Assembly: GCA_016180925.1 (NCBI GenBank)
Contig: JACPAH010000002.1
Location: forward strand, 1 to 59,818
Reading direction: 5' to 3'
DNA length: 59,818 nucleotides
Source of the DNA: Candidatus Aenigmatarchaeota archaeon
GTDB taxonomy: Archaea; Aenigmatarchaeota; Aenigmatarchaeia; GW2011-AR5
The notes under the pieces were generated by a model that made no database searches, was not told the DNA's origin, and saw nothing but the letters and a program-made list of their open reading frames with translations. Every line of letters begins with the position of its first letter. Within the stretch, counting starts at the first letter, position 1. Below, in pieces: positions 58,850-59,818 of this stretch. Position numbers and translations under genes: made by a program.

Positions 58850-59302
58850 TCACCGGCGAGCCTCGAAATCGCTTATTTTTGCGAGCCTTCTTCCGTGACG
58901 TTCTTCGCCCGTGAAAGGAGTTCCCAGCCACAATCCGACGGCTTTTATCGCGCTCTCTTCGCCGACGAAGCGGGCGCCTATGGACAGCACGTTCGAGTTG
59001 TTGTGCTCCCTGGACAGGAGGATTATCTCGTCAGGCCCGCCGTAAAAGACTGCGGCCCTCACGCCTTTCACCTTGTTGGCGGCTATCGCTTCGCCCTGGC
59101 CGGAGCCGCCGAAGATTATGCCCCTGTTTCCGGGATGCAAAGCCGTTTTTTCCGCCGCCGGAATTACGAAATCCGGGTAATCATCATCCTTGTCGTAAGA
59201 ATGCGGACCCATGTCGGCGAACCCGAGGTTTTTTTCCGCAAGAAATCTTTTCACTGCCTCCTTCAGCCCGTATCCGGCATGGTCGGAAGCCAGATATATC
59301 AT
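58850..59302 (-). CDS. rpiB: ribose-5-phosphate isomerase B (RpiB/LacA/LacB family)
   Basis: MIYLASDHAGYGLK N-terminus, ..GIIFGGSGQGEAIAANK.. Confidence 0.88.
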   Translation of the reverse strand: MIYLASDHAGYGLKEAVKRFLAEKNLGFADMGPHSYDKDDDYPDFVIPAAEKTALHPGNRGIIFGGSGQGEAIAANKVKGVRAAVFYGGPDEIILLSREHNNSNVLSIGARFVGEESAIKAVGLWLGTPFTGEERHGRRLAKISDFEARR

Positions 59303-59391
59303 GTTTTACCATCTCCTTCAAAATTTTTACACACAAAAATCTTTATATATTACCGTCCAGCATAATTACCTTAACAGAGTGGAGTGGTTTA

Positions 59392-59818
59392 ATGCGTAAT
59401 TTCGCGGTAATTGTCACAATCCTGTCATTTTTCGTATTTGCTTCCACGGTTATTGCTGCCTATCAGGTTTATTCAGATGCCACTGTCATCGCCGGTCAGC
59501 CGTTTTACGTGAAAGGCAACATAAGCGGAACAACCCAATACAACATGAGCGTGAACATAACCGGCAACAACGCGAACAACTCGTTTTCATCCGGCGGCGG
59601 ATATTTCCACGTCAATGTTTCAGCCCCCACGGTTGTCGGTGAATACAATGTCACCGTCATAAGCGTCAATGACACGTCCAACAACAAGACGATAAGGATA
59701 TACGTCACGAACATCTCGTCTAACTTCTCCACCATAACATTCACCAGAAACAAGCCTACTTTTTCGGCAGGCGCCTCATTCACCATAAACGTGTCGATGA
59801 AGAACACCACAAACAGCT
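59392..59818 (+). CDS. 5' part of another secreted, sequon-rich surface protein (runs off the window end)
   Basis: hand translation MRNFAVIVTILSFFVFASTVIAAYQV...NISGT..NMSVNITGNNANNS..NVTVISVNDTSNNKT; open to the last base. Confidence 0.6.
   Translation, partial: MRNFAVIVTILSFFVFASTVIAAYQVYSDATVIAGQPFYVKGNISGTTQYNMSVNITGNNANNSFSSGGGYFHVNVSAPTVVGEYNVTVISVNDTSNNKTIRIYVTNISSNFSTITFTRNKPTFSAGASFTINVSMKNTTNS

Noticed and set aside
59505-59810. 101-aa - strand ORF at the window end
   Set aside because: The + strand frame from the ATG at 59392 has a signal peptide and the same sequon-rich character as the other surface protein, and it stays open to the last base. The - strand ORF is its shadow.
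1-59818. Search for a prophage, IS element, integrase or rRNA
   Set aside because: No transposase, integrase or capsid-like translation was recognised in any frame, and there is no rRNA-like sequence. Mobility of the hairpin family therefore cannot be tied to an enzyme within this window.

Overview
This is an archaeal chromosome segment. It carries archaeal/eukaryal-type genes: L37e, S8e, S4e, L32e, L19e, an Sm-like protein, aRF1, aSUI1 and RNase P Rpp29.

The core is the long ribosomal-protein cluster from L3 to SecY (25.0-39.5 kb, + strand). Around it lie:
- housekeeping genes (valS, pcm, tatD, cmk, NAD kinase, rpiB);
- two large secreted or surface proteins;
- a cell-surface glycan gene island (about 44-54 kb);
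- MgtE-type transporters;
- two paralogous RelE-type toxin-antitoxin pairs plus a third TA-like pair.

I found no rRNA, CRISPR array, transposase or integrase.

Four tRNA genes were folded by hand, and all four are interrupted:
- Ala(GGC): one intron of about 15 nt.
- Ile(GAU): one 63-nt intron.
- Gly(UCC): three apparent insertions.
- Cys(GCA): a 95-nt anticodon-loop intron plus a 15-nt D-arm insertion.

The strongest unexplained signal is a family of short hairpin modules. Their stem base is conserved (T[C/G]CAAAG...CTTTG[C/G]A), their linkers are conserved (ACATCT/AGATCT, closing CAGAT), and their distal stems vary but stay complementary. These modules:
- build the tRNA-Ile intron;
- flank tRNA genes;
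- fill spacers that are unusually long for this normally compact ribosomal-protein operon;
- form a composite repeat of about 150 nt (two close copies plus one divergent copy);
- occur once, exactly in frame (57 nt), inside the pcm coding sequence.

The ribosomal operon also contains three non-ribosomal inserts: a CheY-like receiver between S14 and S8, a 76-aa ORF between S19 and L22, and a 54-aa zinc-ribbon ORF between L32e and L19e.

All calls rest on reading the sequence and the supplied translations and on remembered family motifs. No database search, tRNA scanner or RNA-folding program was run. Start codons, intron boundaries and product names for weakly conserved ORFs are provisional.
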